This document shows positions 19,886 through 30,911 of a stretch of DNA of 64,000 nucleotides, in pieces. Numbering within the stretch: position 1 is the first letter of the stretch; every line of letters begins with the position of its first letter. This stretch comes from an uncultured Nitrospiraceae bacterium (GTDB taxonomy: Bacteria; Nitrospirota; Thermodesulfovibrionia; Thermodesulfovibrionales; SM23-35). The position numbers and the translations under genes are program-made. The DNA lies in assembly GCA_963727775.1 (NCBI GenBank), contig CAVSHB010000004.1:288001-352000 (forward strand), written 5' to 3'. The notes beneath the pieces were generated by a model. That model was not told the origin of the DNA. It ran no database searches and saw nothing but the letters and a program-made list of their open reading frames with translations.

Positions 19886-20692
19886 TTAATGTTTGTGGAA
19901 AAGATAATGGGAATGTATATGCTTGTGGGCGGTCTGCCCATGATAATGGACGTGCTCATGTATAAGGTTAACTTTCAGCAGCAAATCTTCATCTTTGAGA
20001 ATTTCTTCCGCGCTTCCTGTTTTTTCTATGCGGTGTTCTTCGGAAAGCACCGCTACACTTGACTGAAGCTCGTCGACTAAAGAAAGATCGTGCGTTGCGA
20101 TAACAATGGTCTTCCCGGCTTCATTTAATGCCAGAATCAGTTCCAGCAGAAAAACTTGCGTCTTAGGATCGAGGCCGCTCGTAGGCTCATCGAGCAACAG
20201 CATCTCCGGGTTCATCGTCAGGACAGAACCTATTGCCACCCTCTTCTTTTCACCGCCTGAGAGCATATAAGAGGGCCGGTCTTTGAGGTTCTCTATCTTG
20301 AGCATTTTCATGATTTCATTCGCCCTTTCAAACGCTTCATTCTTTTCCAACCCCAATTGCAGTGGACCGAAAAGCAGTTCGTCCAGAACAGTCGGACAGA
20401 ATAACTGGATATCAGAGTCCTGGAAAATAAAGCCGACCTTCGACCGGAAAAACCTTAAAAAATCTTTCTCTCTGAGGGATTTTTCTGACAATTCACGGCC
20501 GTGGAAAAAGATACTGCCCTTCGAAGGGAACAGCAATCCGCTCAATATCTGAAGCAGCGTTGATTTCCCGCTGCCGTTTGAACCTATGACTGCAAACTTT
20601 TCTCCCTGACCGATCTTCAGACTTATGTCAATTAGGGCCGGGAACTTATTGTAATAATTGTAGTTAACTCCTTCAACGCTGATGATTTCCAT
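19886..20692 (-). CDS. ECF transporter ATPase (NikO/CbiO), His-rich tail
   Basis: GSNGSGKST, LSGGEKKR, HEHVHYH..HKHIHSH. Confidence 0.9.
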   Translation of the reverse strand: MEIISVEGVNYNYYNKFPALIDISLKIGQGEKFAVIGSNGSGKSTLLQILSGLLFPSKGSIFFHGRELSEKSLREKDFLRFFRSKVGFIFQDSDIQLFCPTVLDELLFGPLQLGLEKNEAFERANEIMKMLKIENLKDRPSYMLSGGEKKRVAIGSVLTMNPEMLLLDEPTSGLDPKTQVFLLELILALNEAGKTIVIATHDLSLVDELQSSVAVLSEEHRIEKTGSAEEILKDEDLLLKVNLIHEHVHYHGQTAHKHIHSHYLFHKH

Positions 20693-20701
20693 AATCGTCC
20701 C

Positions 20702-21628
20702 CTAAATCCATAAGATTATTGATCCTAAACCGAAGAGAAAAAAACCGACTATCCAATCCCTTCCCGTGATTTTCCGGTAACGGTAAAGTTTAATCTCGCC
20801 GGAAAAGCCCCTGCCCGTCATCGCTTTAAAGACATCGTCACATTTCAACTGTGTTTTTTTAAAGATAAAAGCTATCCTTCCCGCGATCCATTCCCTTGCT
20901 TCTTCCCTGTTCACGGCCCCGACAAGCCTGCTCTTTTTCGCAAGATGCATGTCGGCAACAACGCGTGCAAAAATAAAAATATACTTATAGGTTAAAGAAA
21001 TGATCATAAGAAAAGCATCGGGGATTTTAAAGACCTTTAATGCCTTTATAATCTCGGCAAACGGCGTCGTATACAATATGAGAAATGATATGGCCAATGA
21101 ATTCAGGACCCTTAAAGTCAGCAGCGCAACAACCGAGAAACCTTCCATGGTAAAGCCTATTACCGAAGGGATATGATAATGCCAAAAATCATATGCCTTC
21201 GGCAATGTGATAATCGGGAAAACCACTTCCCCATGTGTTATAACATTCAGAGACGAAGGAAAGGAAATGAGGAAACCGAAAACAAATCCCAACAAGAAAA
21301 CTTTTTTGTAAAAAATAATGATGTTTACGCGGGACAATAATAGAAGAACAAATACGGCAAGAAAAATTCCTGATTCAGGCAATATCTCTTTTTTAAAACT
21401 GATTATTATAATGAGAAAAAGCCAGAAAATTACTTTAATCCTGGTATCCAACTCATGAAAAAAACCCTTTTTCGATGCCAGTTCCCACTGAATGTAGCTC
21501 TCCTTAATAACACCGGCAAACTTTTCGATGCCTTTATCGATATACGACGTCTTTAGCTTACCCCCTTCTTTGTTGTGAGGGAGTAAGAAATCGGTGCTTA
21601 GTAAAAAAGAAGGGATATCATTTTTCAT
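20702..21628 (-). CDS. ECF transporter T component (NikQ/CbiQ)
   Basis: Hydrophobic; KSR and GRGFSG coupling motifs. Confidence 0.88.
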   Translation of the reverse strand: MKNDIPSFLLSTDFLLPHNKEGGKLKTSYIDKGIEKFAGVIKESYIQWELASKKGFFHELDTRIKVIFWLFLIIIISFKKEILPESGIFLAVFVLLLLSRVNIIIFYKKVFLLGFVFGFLISFPSSLNVITHGEVVFPIITLPKAYDFWHYHIPSVIGFTMEGFSVVALLTLRVLNSLAISFLILYTTPFAEIIKALKVFKIPDAFLMIISLTYKYIFIFARVVADMHLAKKSRLVGAVNREEAREWIAGRIAFIFKKTQLKCDDVFKAMTGRGFSGEIKLYRYRKITGRDWIVGFFLFGLGSIILWI

Positions 21629-21953
21629 GTTTAAACAAAAACTTTGTTATCGCATATATCAATACAGCAGCCACCGCGATCCCGATCATAGCGGATATAA
21701 TATATGAAAATACCTGCGTGCTGAAAGCTGCATTTTCTCCGCCGAAGTTATAATCAGATACCGGTGCTTTCCAGAATTCAGCAAACTTCTTGATTCCCGC
21801 CGGCACATACCCGAGAAGCTTTTCAAGTTCTTCCGTGCTCCACTCACCCCATGCCCCGCCTGCTTTGAATTTTGCGGGAAGATAAATACCGAGTGGAGTT
21901 AAAAAGGCCATTATAAGCAGCCCGATCCAGATTTTCTTCTGAAATCTTGACAT
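21618..21953 (-). CDS. NikN/PDGLE-like membrane subunit
   Basis: AWGEW...AP.SDY, two TM helices; between M and Q genes. Confidence 0.8.
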   Translation of the reverse strand: MSRFQKKIWIGLLIMAFLTPLGIYLPAKFKAGGAWGEWSTEELEKLLGYVPAGIKKFAEFWKAPVSDYNFGGENAAFSTQVFSYIISAMIGIAVAAVLIYAITKFLFKHEK

Positions 21954-21954
21954 A

Positions 21955-22635
21955 TCAAGCCTCCTTCATCGCATATACTAAATCACTTTCATGTTTTACG
22001 AAATATTTCAGTATCATTGCAGTGACCAGACCTTCGATAAGCCCGAACACAAGCATATGCTCTAACGCCATTGCAGGAACAGCAATTGACAGCGGATAAG
22101 GGGCATATAAAGGTTTACCGTCGGGAGCAGATGCGATTATGGGTTGGATTCCAAATTCAAAGCCGGTCAACATAGCAGCAACTGAAAGGCCGACATATCC
22201 GGCAAGAAAAGCTGCCATGTAAAATCTTGCTCCACTATTTGTATCGCCTTTTATTAACTTAAATACCCAATAAGAAACAAAAGGCATTACCACTGCCATG
22301 TTAAAACAATTGGCGCCGATCGCAGTAATTCCCCCATCTCCGAAAACAACGGCCTGGATTATTAAAACAACCGATACCGCCAAAACCGCTGCCCATGGCC
22401 CCAACAAAATGGCAATAATACCACCACCGACCGCGTGGCCTGTAGTGCCTCCCGGAATAGGGATGTTAAACATCATGATGAGAAAAGAAAAAGCTGCCGC
22501 CATTGCAAGATACGGGACATATCTGGCGGAAAGCTCCTTTTTTAATTTTTTCAGGGCAATCGACCAGAAAACAAATGATATCCCATACAATGGGATAAAT
22601 GTTTGTGGACTCAAATAACCATCGGGTATGTGCAT
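21955..22635 (-). CDS. Ni/Co ECF substrate-binding component (NikM/CbiM)
   Basis: MHIPDGYL N-terminus (NikM-type), GGTTGH, DGGITAIGAN. Confidence 0.92.
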   Translation of the reverse strand: MHIPDGYLSPQTFIPLYGISFVFWSIALKKLKKELSARYVPYLAMAAAFSFLIMMFNIPIPGGTTGHAVGGGIIAILLGPWAAVLAVSVVLIIQAVVFGDGGITAIGANCFNMAVVMPFVSYWVFKLIKGDTNSGARFYMAAFLAGYVGLSVAAMLTGFEFGIQPIIASAPDGKPLYAPYPLSIAVPAMALEHMLVFGLIEGLVTAMILKYFVKHESDLVYAMKEA

Positions 22636-23448
22636 CTAAAACCTCCATGTAATGCCGGCGAGTAGAGAATAGTCAGCCTCAGGCTTTGATAGTCCACCCT
22701 TAATACCGAAATCTATATCAAAATTTTCGACCAGAGAATAAATTACACCGCATAGAATAAATGCGGCCGGTGTATTCAGATTTCCAGCGGTACCTGTCTC
22801 AGCGCCGATATCCCCCACTAAACTAAGACCTCTAACGACTTCGACCGACGAAGCAAAAGATGCATGCCACAGGTTCTTCTTTTCATCCACATTATTTTCA
22901 TTCCTGATATAGCCGAGATTGAGATGGAACGCCCACGGCTTTATCTCTTTTGTCCCGATAAAAAAGAAGTGATAGGTAAGCCTTCCGGAACCCAATCCCT
23001 TTTCCTCATCTCCGGTCGGAAAAGTTACACCGGGTTTCAAGGCAAAACTCAACCCATCCCTTTCATAAAAACGCCATTTCATTTCAAGTGACATATCCGA
23101 TGTCCCGTCTCCTTTTATCACTGTACCCGAATCCTCTATCCGTGCATGCTGATAAGGAAAACCGAGGATGATGTCTATAGGATCTGATATCCCATAAGAA
23201 AGCGTTGCCGCTATCTCGGTAATCTTGTTAGTGACCCCATCATCATCTTTATCATGGCCATAGCCTCCATTTACTTCCAACTGGAACTTACCCTTGCCCT
23301 GCGTCCCGGCGTCATCTGTAATGAGAGGATGGGCTGCATATGAGATTCCTGCAAAAAGAAAGATTGATACAAACATCGAGGATAAGAAAAAAGGATACTT
23401 ACCAAAACCGCGAAACTTCAAACCTGCTGCTGAACTTTGGAAATTCAT
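22636..23448 (-). CDS. Putative outer-membrane beta-barrel channel
   Basis: Signal peptide, AHPLITDDAGT, PTGD...GLG.G, terminal WRF. Confidence 0.75.
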   Translation of the reverse strand: MNFQSSAAGLKFRGFGKYPFFLSSMFVSIFLFAGISYAAHPLITDDAGTQGKGKFQLEVNGGYGHDKDDDGVTNKITEIAATLSYGISDPIDIILGFPYQHARIEDSGTVIKGDGTSDMSLEMKWRFYERDGLSFALKPGVTFPTGDEEKGLGSGRLTYHFFFIGTKEIKPWAFHLNLGYIRNENNVDEKKNLWHASFASSVEVVRGLSLVGDIGAETGTAGNLNTPAAFILCGVIYSLVENFDIDFGIKGGLSKPEADYSLLAGITWRF

Positions 23449-23469
23449 TTAGGTCCTTCCCCGCGGCAA

Positions 23470-23570
23470 TAAAAAAAGCCGCGAAAGCTTTTTTGACCTT
23501 CTGGCCATTCTTGAAGCCTTCGTGGCTCGCTACTCAATTAACCATAGCAGAAACCTTTAAATTATGTCAA
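23470..23570 (-). promoter_or_regulatory. Promoter plus leader attenuator of the Ni/Co uptake operon
   Basis: TTGACA-18-TATGGT; leader stem AGCCACGAAGGCT/AGCTTTCGCGGCT followed by a T run. Confidence 0.7.
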
Positions 23571-23714
23571 TCCTTTGTCAAGCTTTTTATGGATAGACTC
23601 CCCGGCGCCAGGGTCACAAATGTTTCAAAATCAACGCTAAATAGATTAAAATAAACCAACATAAGTGTGCTGTTATAGTTATCGGTTTATAACATTTAAA
23701 AAACGGAGGAAAAA

Positions 23715-23912
23715 ATGTTTGGGACTCAGGACATAATTCTTATCGGGATAATCGTTGTTGTATTGTTCGGCGCCACAAAGCTTCCTCAACTCGGCAGCGG
23801 CGTAGGACAGGCCATCAGAAACTTTAAGAAAGGCATGTCCGAACTTAACGAAACAGAGACATCCAAGAAAAGTATGCCTAAAAACGAAGAGGAGACAAAC
23901 AAGGAAAAATAA
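23715..23912 (+). CDS. tatA: Second TatA
   Basis: Nearly identical N-terminal 44 aa to the 8703-8885 product. Confidence 0.92.
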   Translation: MFGTQDIILIGIIVVVLFGATKLPQLGSGVGQAIRNFKKGMSELNETETSKKSMPKNEEETNKEK

Positions 23913-24023
23913 GAGCAGGCATTCAAAATACAGGCTTGTTTTTTCTATCCATCATTTCGACAATAACAGTTGATCGTTAACTAATTTCAGAGAACGCAGG
24001 ATATAGGAGGAACAACAACAGAG

Positions 24024-24980
24024 ATGCGGAATTTCATTCTAAGTTTTCAGAGCAGGGTATGGATATTTCCGGCACTGGCACTAATAACGATAATAATCGG
24101 TCAGATATGCAAGACAAGCTGCGCGTTCCTGCACGGCGATATCCTTGGCCTCGACCTGGAGACCTTCGGAATAATTTTCTATTCCATGCTTTTCCTGTCC
24201 GCCCTTTTTTATAAAAGAATATATCCGAGAGACTGGATAATGAGGGGGATAGCCGCCATAGTATCGATGGGAGTTGGGGCTGAGTTCATATTTATAAAAT
24301 TCCAGGTCCAGAACAATACTTATTGCCCGAAATGTCTTATTTCAGGCTTCTTTTTCTTAACAATGTTTTTTTTAGTCGCCCGGTTCCTTAAAAAATGGGT
24401 CATCATCCTCCTGATACTTTTCGGCGCTGTCTTTACTTCATTTGCCTTCAACGGCTCCATCGTCCCGTCATATGCAAAAGAAGCCCAATATCCAGGCTTC
24501 GGCAACGAGAAATCTCAAATCGAAATCATCGTTTATTCGGATTATCTGTGCCCTGCCTGCAGGAAAGCGGATGAAAAGATAAATAACGCCGTAAGAAAAT
24601 TGAAGAATGTCGCAAAAATCCGTTTTGTGGATGTACCGATCCATGCCGGTTCTCTCGAATATTCCGAAGTATTTCTCTATACATGGTTTGAATCCGGGAA
24701 CAACCTTGAAACGGCAATTAAGGTCAGGGAAATCTTATTTCAGGCCGCCGCCGCAAAAACCGACCAGAACGGTACCCTGAATATACTGAAATCAAAAGGA
24801 GTTCCGTTCAAAGTTGACAAGGAAGGCGCAATAGAAATTTTCCGCAATTATTATAATCCGTTAATGAAAGGGGACAAGATCAACTCCACCCCTTCTGTGG
24901 TTATTGTAAAGGACAAGAACAGGAAAACCTATACCGGCGGGACAGATATTTTAAAAGCCCTGAATGAAATTTCATCGTAA
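24024..24980 (+). CDS. VKOR-like membrane domain fused to DsbA-like thioredoxin domain
   Basis: CxxxC loop, TM helices, YCPKC, then CPAC and cis-Pro-like STP. Confidence 0.75.
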   Translation: MRNFILSFQSRVWIFPALALITIIIGQICKTSCAFLHGDILGLDLETFGIIFYSMLFLSALFYKRIYPRDWIMRGIAAIVSMGVGAEFIFIKFQVQNNTYCPKCLISGFFFLTMFFLVARFLKKWVIILLILFGAVFTSFAFNGSIVPSYAKEAQYPGFGNEKSQIEIIVYSDYLCPACRKADEKINNAVRKLKNVAKIRFVDVPIHAGSLEYSEVFLYTWFESGNNLETAIKVREILFQAAAAKTDQNGTLNILKSKGVPFKVDKEGAIEIFRNYYNPLMKGDKINSTPSVVIVKDKNRKTYTGGTDILKALNEISS

Positions 24981-27041
24981 CTCTCCGCCCGTCTTATGAA
25001 TGATATGACTCACGAGAGAGGCGTGAAGCTCTTCAACTTCATCGTCTCTGAGAGTCCTTTCCTTTGATCTGAATATGATATTAAACGCAAGGCTCTTCTT
25101 ACCGGAAGGGATGGCGCCTCCCTTGTAAGAATCAAAAACTGAAACATCCCCGATGAGTTCTGTCGGAAACTCCCTGATTATCTCCATAATCCTTGCAGAA
25201 GGGATAGTCTCATCAACCACAATAGCGACATCTCGCTCGACCGAAGGATATTTGGTAATCTGCGTGTACTGTAGCGAAGATGGGATATGACTAAAAAGCA
25301 AATCGAGATTCAGCTCGAAAAGAACAACTTCCGGCTTCTGCTTTTTCAAGTCAAGTTTTTCGATGATATCCGGGCCCATGACCCCGAGATACCCAGCGTA
25401 GATGTTTTCAATATAAATATCAGACGCCTTTCCCATATGCAGAAACGGTTCTGAAGACTGCGAGAACGAATAGTCACGGATCTTAAGCTCATCGAACATT
25501 GATTCCAGAGTTCCTTTAGCCATGAAAAACCCCTCCGCATCTTCTTTCCAGAGAGAAGGATATTTGTCTTTATAATATATTCCTCCAAGTCTAAGTTCTT
25601 CCAGCGGCAGAGTCTCGCCGGCGACCTGGAATATCTTCGATATCTCAAAAAAACGTATGTCCTTACCTCCTCTGTCCATATTGAATTGCAGGTTAGCGAT
25701 CAACGAAGGAATCAGTGTCGTTCTCAATAAAGACCCCTCCTGACTGAGGGGGTTATTTATTGTAATTACTCTCCTCCGTCTGTCGTTCTCCGGAATTGAA
25801 ATCAGATCGAGATTTGATTTACCGATGAAGCTGTAATTAATTACTTCTGTAAAACCGGCCTTCCGCATAGCATCACGAATCCTGCTGATAAGTGCGTTTT
25901 TATTATTCAAGCGGCCCGAAGCAAGTGGACTTCTCGGAATCGTTACAGGGATGCCGTTGTATCCGTAAATCCTTGCTATCTCTTCAGCTACATCACTTTC
26001 CCTCATGATGTCACGCCTGTGGGCCGGTGGGAATACAATAAAAACATCTCCCTTTGCTTCCGCCCGGATACCGAGCCGCTCCAGGATATCAAGCATATTC
26101 CCATTAGAAAGGTTTATCCCTAAAACTTTATTTATCTTTTCATATCTTACCCGGACAGGTTCGGGCATATACCGAACAGGATAGATGTCGATTATTTCAT
26201 GGACTGTCCCTCCGGCAATTTCACTTATCAAGAGCGCAGCCCTATTGAGCGCATTTTCCAACAACTCTATATCAGTGCCCCTCTCAAATCTGTATGACGA
26301 TTCGCTCGTAAGATTCAATATCTTCGATGTCCTCCTGATTGAAGAAGGCTCGAAATAAGCGCTCTCAAGGAAAATATTCCTTGTCTTCTCGGAAACCTCC
26401 GTTTCCGCACCGCCCATCACACCTGCAACCGCTATAGGTTTTTTCGAATCCCATATCAAAAGCGAGTCCTCTGCCACCTCACGCTGTGCGCCGTCGAGGG
26501 TCCTCATTTTAGCAGGCTCTCCATTTCCTGTTATAGTTCTTGGCGTGCCGACTATTATTTTTTTACCGCTGATTGTGTCGGCGTCAAAAGCGTGCAGTGG
26601 ATGGCCAAACTCTAAAAGGACATAGTTGGTAATATCAACGATATTGTTTATAGACCGAATACCGCATTTTTCAAGCCTCGCCTTTATCCACTCAGGTGAA
26701 TCCCCGACCCTGACGCTTTTAATCAGCCTTCCGGCATATCTGCAGCAGAGATCAGGGTCCCGGATCTCAATGAAAAATTCGGAAATATGTTGTTCTTCTG
26801 TGATGTGGTGCGGCGGAATTTTCATCGGTGCTTTAAAGGCCGCAGACAATTCCCTTGCAATTCCGATCATGCTGAGGCAATCAGGCCTGTTCGGGGTCAC
26901 GTTCACTTCGAAAACAATATCGTCTTTAATTTCCTCTGCGCCCTCCACTTCGAGCCCTATCATAGTTAGCTTTTCAGCCATTGCTGCAGGTGCAGCATGG
27001 ATGTTTAACAGTTCTTTTATCCATTCGTACGGTACGCGCAT
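24972..27041 (-). CDS. pheT: Phenylalanine-tRNA ligase beta subunit (lacks OB/B2 domain)
   Basis: MRVPYEW, TPNRPDCLS..GIARE, RFERG, EEIARIYGY, FDX-ACB tail. Confidence 0.95.
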   Translation of the reverse strand: MRVPYEWIKELLNIHAAPAAMAEKLTMIGLEVEGAEEIKDDIVFEVNVTPNRPDCLSMIGIARELSAAFKAPMKIPPHHITEEQHISEFFIEIRDPDLCCRYAGRLIKSVRVGDSPEWIKARLEKCGIRSINNIVDITNYVLLEFGHPLHAFDADTISGKKIIVGTPRTITGNGEPAKMRTLDGAQREVAEDSLLIWDSKKPIAVAGVMGGAETEVSEKTRNIFLESAYFEPSSIRRTSKILNLTSESSYRFERGTDIELLENALNRAALLISEIAGGTVHEIIDIYPVRYMPEPVRVRYEKINKVLGINLSNGNMLDILERLGIRAEAKGDVFIVFPPAHRRDIMRESDVAEEIARIYGYNGIPVTIPRSPLASGRLNNKNALISRIRDAMRKAGFTEVINYSFIGKSNLDLISIPENDRRRRVITINNPLSQEGSLLRTTLIPSLIANLQFNMDRGGKDIRFFEISKIFQVAGETLPLEELRLGGIYYKDKYPSLWKEDAEGFFMAKGTLESMFDELKIRDYSFSQSSEPFLHMGKASDIYIENIYAGYLGVMGPDIIEKLDLKKQKPEVVLFELNLDLLFSHIPSSLQYTQITKYPSVERDVAIVVDETIPSARIMEIIREFPTELIGDVSVFDSYKGGAIPSGKKSLAFNIIFRSKERTLRDDEVEELHASLVSHIIHKTGGELR

Positions 27042-27132
27042 GGTGTGTATTATAGCCCCGCCGGACAAGGAATGACAAGCTTGATTTCCGCTCGTTCCTG
27101 CAGAAGAATATTTGTTATAATTTAATTAATGG

Positions 27133-29145
27133 TTGTGTCGCAAATTGCATAGAATGAATGACCTCAAGAAAACAAAAGAGCAGCTTTTGCTCGAATTGGC
27201 TGAATTGCGTAAAAGGATTTCCGGGCTGGTAATATCGGAAGTTGAATACGGACACGCACGGGAAGCATTGCGGCAATCCGAGAAAAGATTCAAAACCCTT
27301 TTTGATAACGTTGGCGCTGCCGTATTTATACATGATATTGAAGGGCGCTTTCTTGAGTGTAACCGGTTTTTTTGTGAGCGTTTCGGTTACAGCCTGGAAG
27401 AATTATTGAAGATGACGCTTAAGGATATAAACACGCCCAGGAATATTGCTCTTATGCCTGAAAGATTAAAGATGCTGCTTCAGCAGAGGCATATCGTTTT
27501 CGAGTCTGCATATGTAAGGAAAGACGGCGCAACCATTCCGGTTGAGGTGAATAACCGTCTTGTCGATTTTTCCGGTAACCACGTTGTGCTGAGCAGCGCG
27601 CGTGACATAACCAGACGCAAGCGCGCCGAGCAGATAATGAAAGAAAGTGAAGCACGCTACAGGAACCTCTTCGAAAATGCTCACGATATGATCCAGAGTA
27701 TTTCGCCGGACGGTCATTTCATATACGTGAACCCGGCATGGTTAAAAACGATGGGGTATATATGGGAAGAACTTCAGGAACTCACTATCTTTGACGTCCT
27801 TCACCCCGGCTTCAGCTCCCACTGCACTGAACTTTTTCAAAAGGCGATGTCGGGAGAATCTTTAGATAATATAGAAGTTGTATTCCTGTCAAAAGACGGC
27901 AGGCAGATCAATATCGAAGGGAATGTGAGCACAAGGATAATAGACGGGAAACCCGTCGCCTGTTATGGTATATTCCGCGATATGACGGAGCACAAGCGCC
28001 TTGAAGAACAACTCTTCCAAGCACAGAAGATGGAGGCGGTCGGCCAGCTTGCCGGCGGTATAGCGCACGACTTCAACAATCTGCTGACTGCAATCATAGG
28101 CTATGGAAGTCTTCTGAAAACCGAGGTGAGTAAAGACACACTTTTGAATTCATACATCACTCAGATATTGAATGCGGGAGAAAGGGCCGCGCTTCTTACC
28201 AATGACCTGCTCACTTTCAGCAGAAAACAGATCATCAACCCCAAGCCCGTTAATCTGAATGAGATCATTAGGGAGGTAAGGACCCTGATATCCAGGATTA
28301 TCGGTGAAGATATAGAAATTTCGACTGCTCTCACCGATAAGGACTTAATGATTATGGCAGACTCGCCGCAGATAGAACAGGTCTTAATGAACCTTGTTGC
28401 AAACGCAAGGGACGCTATGCCCGACGGCGGAAATGTAGTCATCGGCACCGATGTTATAGAATTGGACAGTGAGTTCATAAAAGCACATGGATACGGCAGG
28501 CCTGGTTCGTATGCCGTTCTTTCGTTTGAGGATTCAGGAACGGGAATGGATGAAAAAACCAGGGAAAGGATATTCGAACCTTTCTTCACCACCAAGGCGG
28601 TCGGCAAAGGCACAGGTCTCGGGCTTTCAATGGTATACGGCATAGTCAAGCAGCACGGCGGTTATATCAATGTATACAGCGAGTCCGGCAGGGGCACCAC
28701 ATTCAGGGTCTATCTGCCCGTAATCGCAAAAAAAGCGGAAGAAGCAAAGCACGGGGACTTCTCCAGCATGCCCACCGGCCATGAGACCATCTTGTTAGGC
28801 GAGGACGATACACAGGCAAGAAACCTCATGAAAGACGTGCTGCTGAAAGCCGGATATGAGATTATGGAGGCAGTCGATGGAGATGATTCACTCAGGGTCT
28901 ATCATGAGCACAAGGACAGGATACAGCTTCTGATTCTCGACGTCATCATGCCTAAGAAAAACGGCAAGGAAGTATATGACGAGATATGCATGAATACACC
29001 CGGGATCAAGACCATATTTGTCAGCGGGTACAGTGCGGATATAATCCACAAGAAAAGGATACTGGAAGAAGGCTTGCACTTTATCTCCAAACCCGTTTCG
29101 CCGGGAGAGCTTTTGACAAAAATAAGAGAAGTGCTTGATCAATAA
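27133..29145 (+). CDS. PAS-PAS hybrid histidine kinase with receiver domain
   Basis: [28 protein letters not shown]-terminal REC; start may be ATG 27154. Confidence 0.92.
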   Translation: MCRKLHRMNDLKKTKEQLLLELAELRKRISGLVISEVEYGHAREALRQSEKRFKTLFDNVGAAVFIHDIEGRFLECNRFFCERFGYSLEELLKMTLKDINTPRNIALMPERLKMLLQQRHIVFESAYVRKDGATIPVEVNNRLVDFSGNHVVLSSARDITRRKRAEQIMKESEARYRNLFENAHDMIQSISPDGHFIYVNPAWLKTMGYIWEELQELTIFDVLHPGFSSHCTELFQKAMSGESLDNIEVVFLSKDGRQINIEGNVSTRIIDGKPVACYGIFRDMTEHKRLEEQLFQAQKMEAVGQLAGGIAHDFNNLLTAIIGYGSLLKTEVSKDTLLNSYITQILNAGERAALLTNDLLTFSRKQIINPKPVNLNEIIREVRTLISRIIGEDIEISTALTDKDLMIMADSPQIEQVLMNLVANARDAMPDGGNVVIGTDVIELDSEFIKAHGYGRPGSYAVLSFEDSGTGMDEKTRERIFEPFFTTKAVGKGTGLGLSMVYGIVKQHGGYINVYSESGRGTTFRVYLPVIAKKAEEAKHGDFSSMPTGHETILLGEDDTQARNLMKDVLLKAGYEIMEAVDGDDSLRVYHEHKDRIQLLILDVIMPKKNGKEVYDEICMNTPGIKTIFVSGYSADIIHKKRILEEGLHFISKPVSPGELLTKIREVLDQ

Positions 29146-29164
29146 AAATATCTATTGAATAGCG

Positions 29165-30178
29165 TCAGAATTGTCTCAGAAAACGCATATCATTTTCGAA
29201 GAACAGCCTTATATCATCTATCGAATATTTAAGCATGGTTATTCGCTCAACTCCCATCCCGAATGCGAATCCCGAATAGATCTCGGGATCATATCCAACC
29301 ATTTCAAATACCCGGGGATTTATCATTCCGGCGCCCAATATTTCAAGCCATCCGGTGTTCTTGCATACCCGGCATCCCTTGCCGGAACAGAATATGCAGC
29401 CTATATCAACCTCGGCGCTCGGTTCAGTGAAAGGGAAAAAACTCGGCCTGAATCTTACGGGAGTTTCGGAGCTGAAAATGCTGTGGATAAATAACTCCAG
29501 CACTCCTTTCAGGTCGCTGAAGCATATATCCGTATCGACCATGAACCCTTCTACCTGATGAAACATGGGGGTGTGGGACACATCAGCATCGCACCGGTAA
29601 ACCTTTCCCGGCGCGATGATCTTCAAAGGGGGCCTTCTTTGTTCCATAACTCTTATCTGGACGGGCGAGGTATGGGTCCTCATCACAACATCTTCCGAGA
29701 TATAGAATGTATCCTGCATGTCTCTTGCAGGATGGTTTTTAGGCATGTTTAACGCTTCAAAATTATAATAGTCGAGCTCCACCTCGGGGCCCTCTTCAAT
29801 CTCAAATCCCATGGAGATAAAGATACGCGTAATTTCTGAAAGTGCTTTATTAATAGGATGTTCCCTGCCGAAAGGTGTAAATTTTCCGGGCAGGGTTATA
29901 TCTATGGCCTCCGCCAGGACGCGTTTCTTATGTTCTTCCCTCGTCAGCAACGCTTCCGTATGGTCGATCATTTCTTCGATATGCCTTTTGACTTCGTTTA
30001 TTTCCTTACCGTAGGCAGGTCTCAGATCAGGAGGGATTGAGGAAAGGGCCTTGAGCTTTGAAGTGACAAGACCCTTTTTTCCTAAGTATTTTACTTTCAG
30101 TTGTTGAAGTTCAGGCGGGGAGTTTGCTTCTCGTAATTCATTCTTAAATGAATCTTTTAGAGAAAGGATGTCCTCCAC
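29165..30178 (-). CDS. pheS: Phenylalanine-tRNA ligase alpha subunit
   Basis: [33 protein letters not shown]. Confidence 0.97.
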   Translation of the reverse strand: MEDILSLKDSFKNELREANSPPELQQLKVKYLGKKGLVTSKLKALSSIPPDLRPAYGKEINEVKRHIEEMIDHTEALLTREEHKKRVLAEAIDITLPGKFTPFGREHPINKALSEITRIFISMGFEIEEGPEVELDYYNFEALNMPKNHPARDMQDTFYISEDVVMRTHTSPVQIRVMEQRRPPLKIIAPGKVYRCDADVSHTPMFHQVEGFMVDTDICFSDLKGVLELFIHSIFSSETPVRFRPSFFPFTEPSAEVDIGCIFCSGKGCRVCKNTGWLEILGAGMINPRVFEMVGYDPEIYSGFAFGMGVERITMLKYSIDDIRLFFENDMRFLRQF

Positions 30179-30185
30179 TTCTTGC

Positions 30186-30533
30186 TTAGCTTCTTACTTT
30201 TTCCACAAGCTGGTTGAACGCGGACGGGTCATTGTAAGCCATGTCGGCCAAAGACTTCCTGTTCAATGCAATGTTCGCTTTCTTCAATCCCGATATGAAT
30301 TGGCTGTAAGTCAGTCCGAAAGAGCGAACAGCAGCGTTAATCCTTATGTTCCACAGTGCCCTGAACTCGCGCTTTTTGTTTTTCCGGTCCCTGTATGCGT
30401 ATTGCATAGCTTTATCGACCGCTTCAGTTGCAATCCTGTAAAGACGGCTTTTGGCGCCATAATAGCCTTTAGCCTTATCTAATATCTTTTTTCTTCTTCT
30501 TCTTGTTTTAAATCCACCCTTTGCCCTTGGCAT
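30186..30533 (-). CDS. rplT: 50S ribosomal protein L20
   Basis: AKGYYG, YAYRDRK.KKREFR.LW..RINAA. Confidence 0.97.
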   Translation of the reverse strand: MPRAKGGFKTRRRRKKILDKAKGYYGAKSRLYRIATEAVDKAMQYAYRDRKNKKREFRALWNIRINAAVRSFGLTYSQFISGLKKANIALNRKSLADMAYNDPSAFNQLVEKVRS

Positions 30534-30575
30534 CTATTCCTCCTAACTCTCACAACTTTTTAGCTCTCAGCTTTT

Positions 30576-30773
30576 TTATAAATACGGTAAAAGCCTTTTT
30601 ATATTAGCATATTCGCTATCGGAAACTAAAGAAGCTTTTCTCAGGCTTCTCGTTCTTTTGGCCGGCTTACCCGTGAGAAGATGGCTCTTATAACCGCTCC
30701 ACCTTTTTATCTTCCCGGTACCGGTAATCTTAAATCTCTTCGCAGCCCCTCTATGGGTTTTAAGCTTCGGCAT
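30576..30773 (-). CDS. rpmI: 50S ribosomal protein L35
   Basis: [15 protein letters not shown]. Confidence 0.97.
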   Translation of the reverse strand: MPKLKTHRGAAKRFKITGTGKIKRWSGYKSHLLTGKPAKRTRSLRKASLVSDSEYANIKRLLPYL

Positions 30774-30911
30774 CTTGTCCTCCTTAACCTTAGTAATCAA
30801 AATTGCGGCATCTAATATCAGACTAACTACGAAATCAAGCTTTGTATTATAACCGATTATAAAAAAAATTACCCGGAATTTATTTGGAAATTTATATTCG
30901 AATTTAGATTT

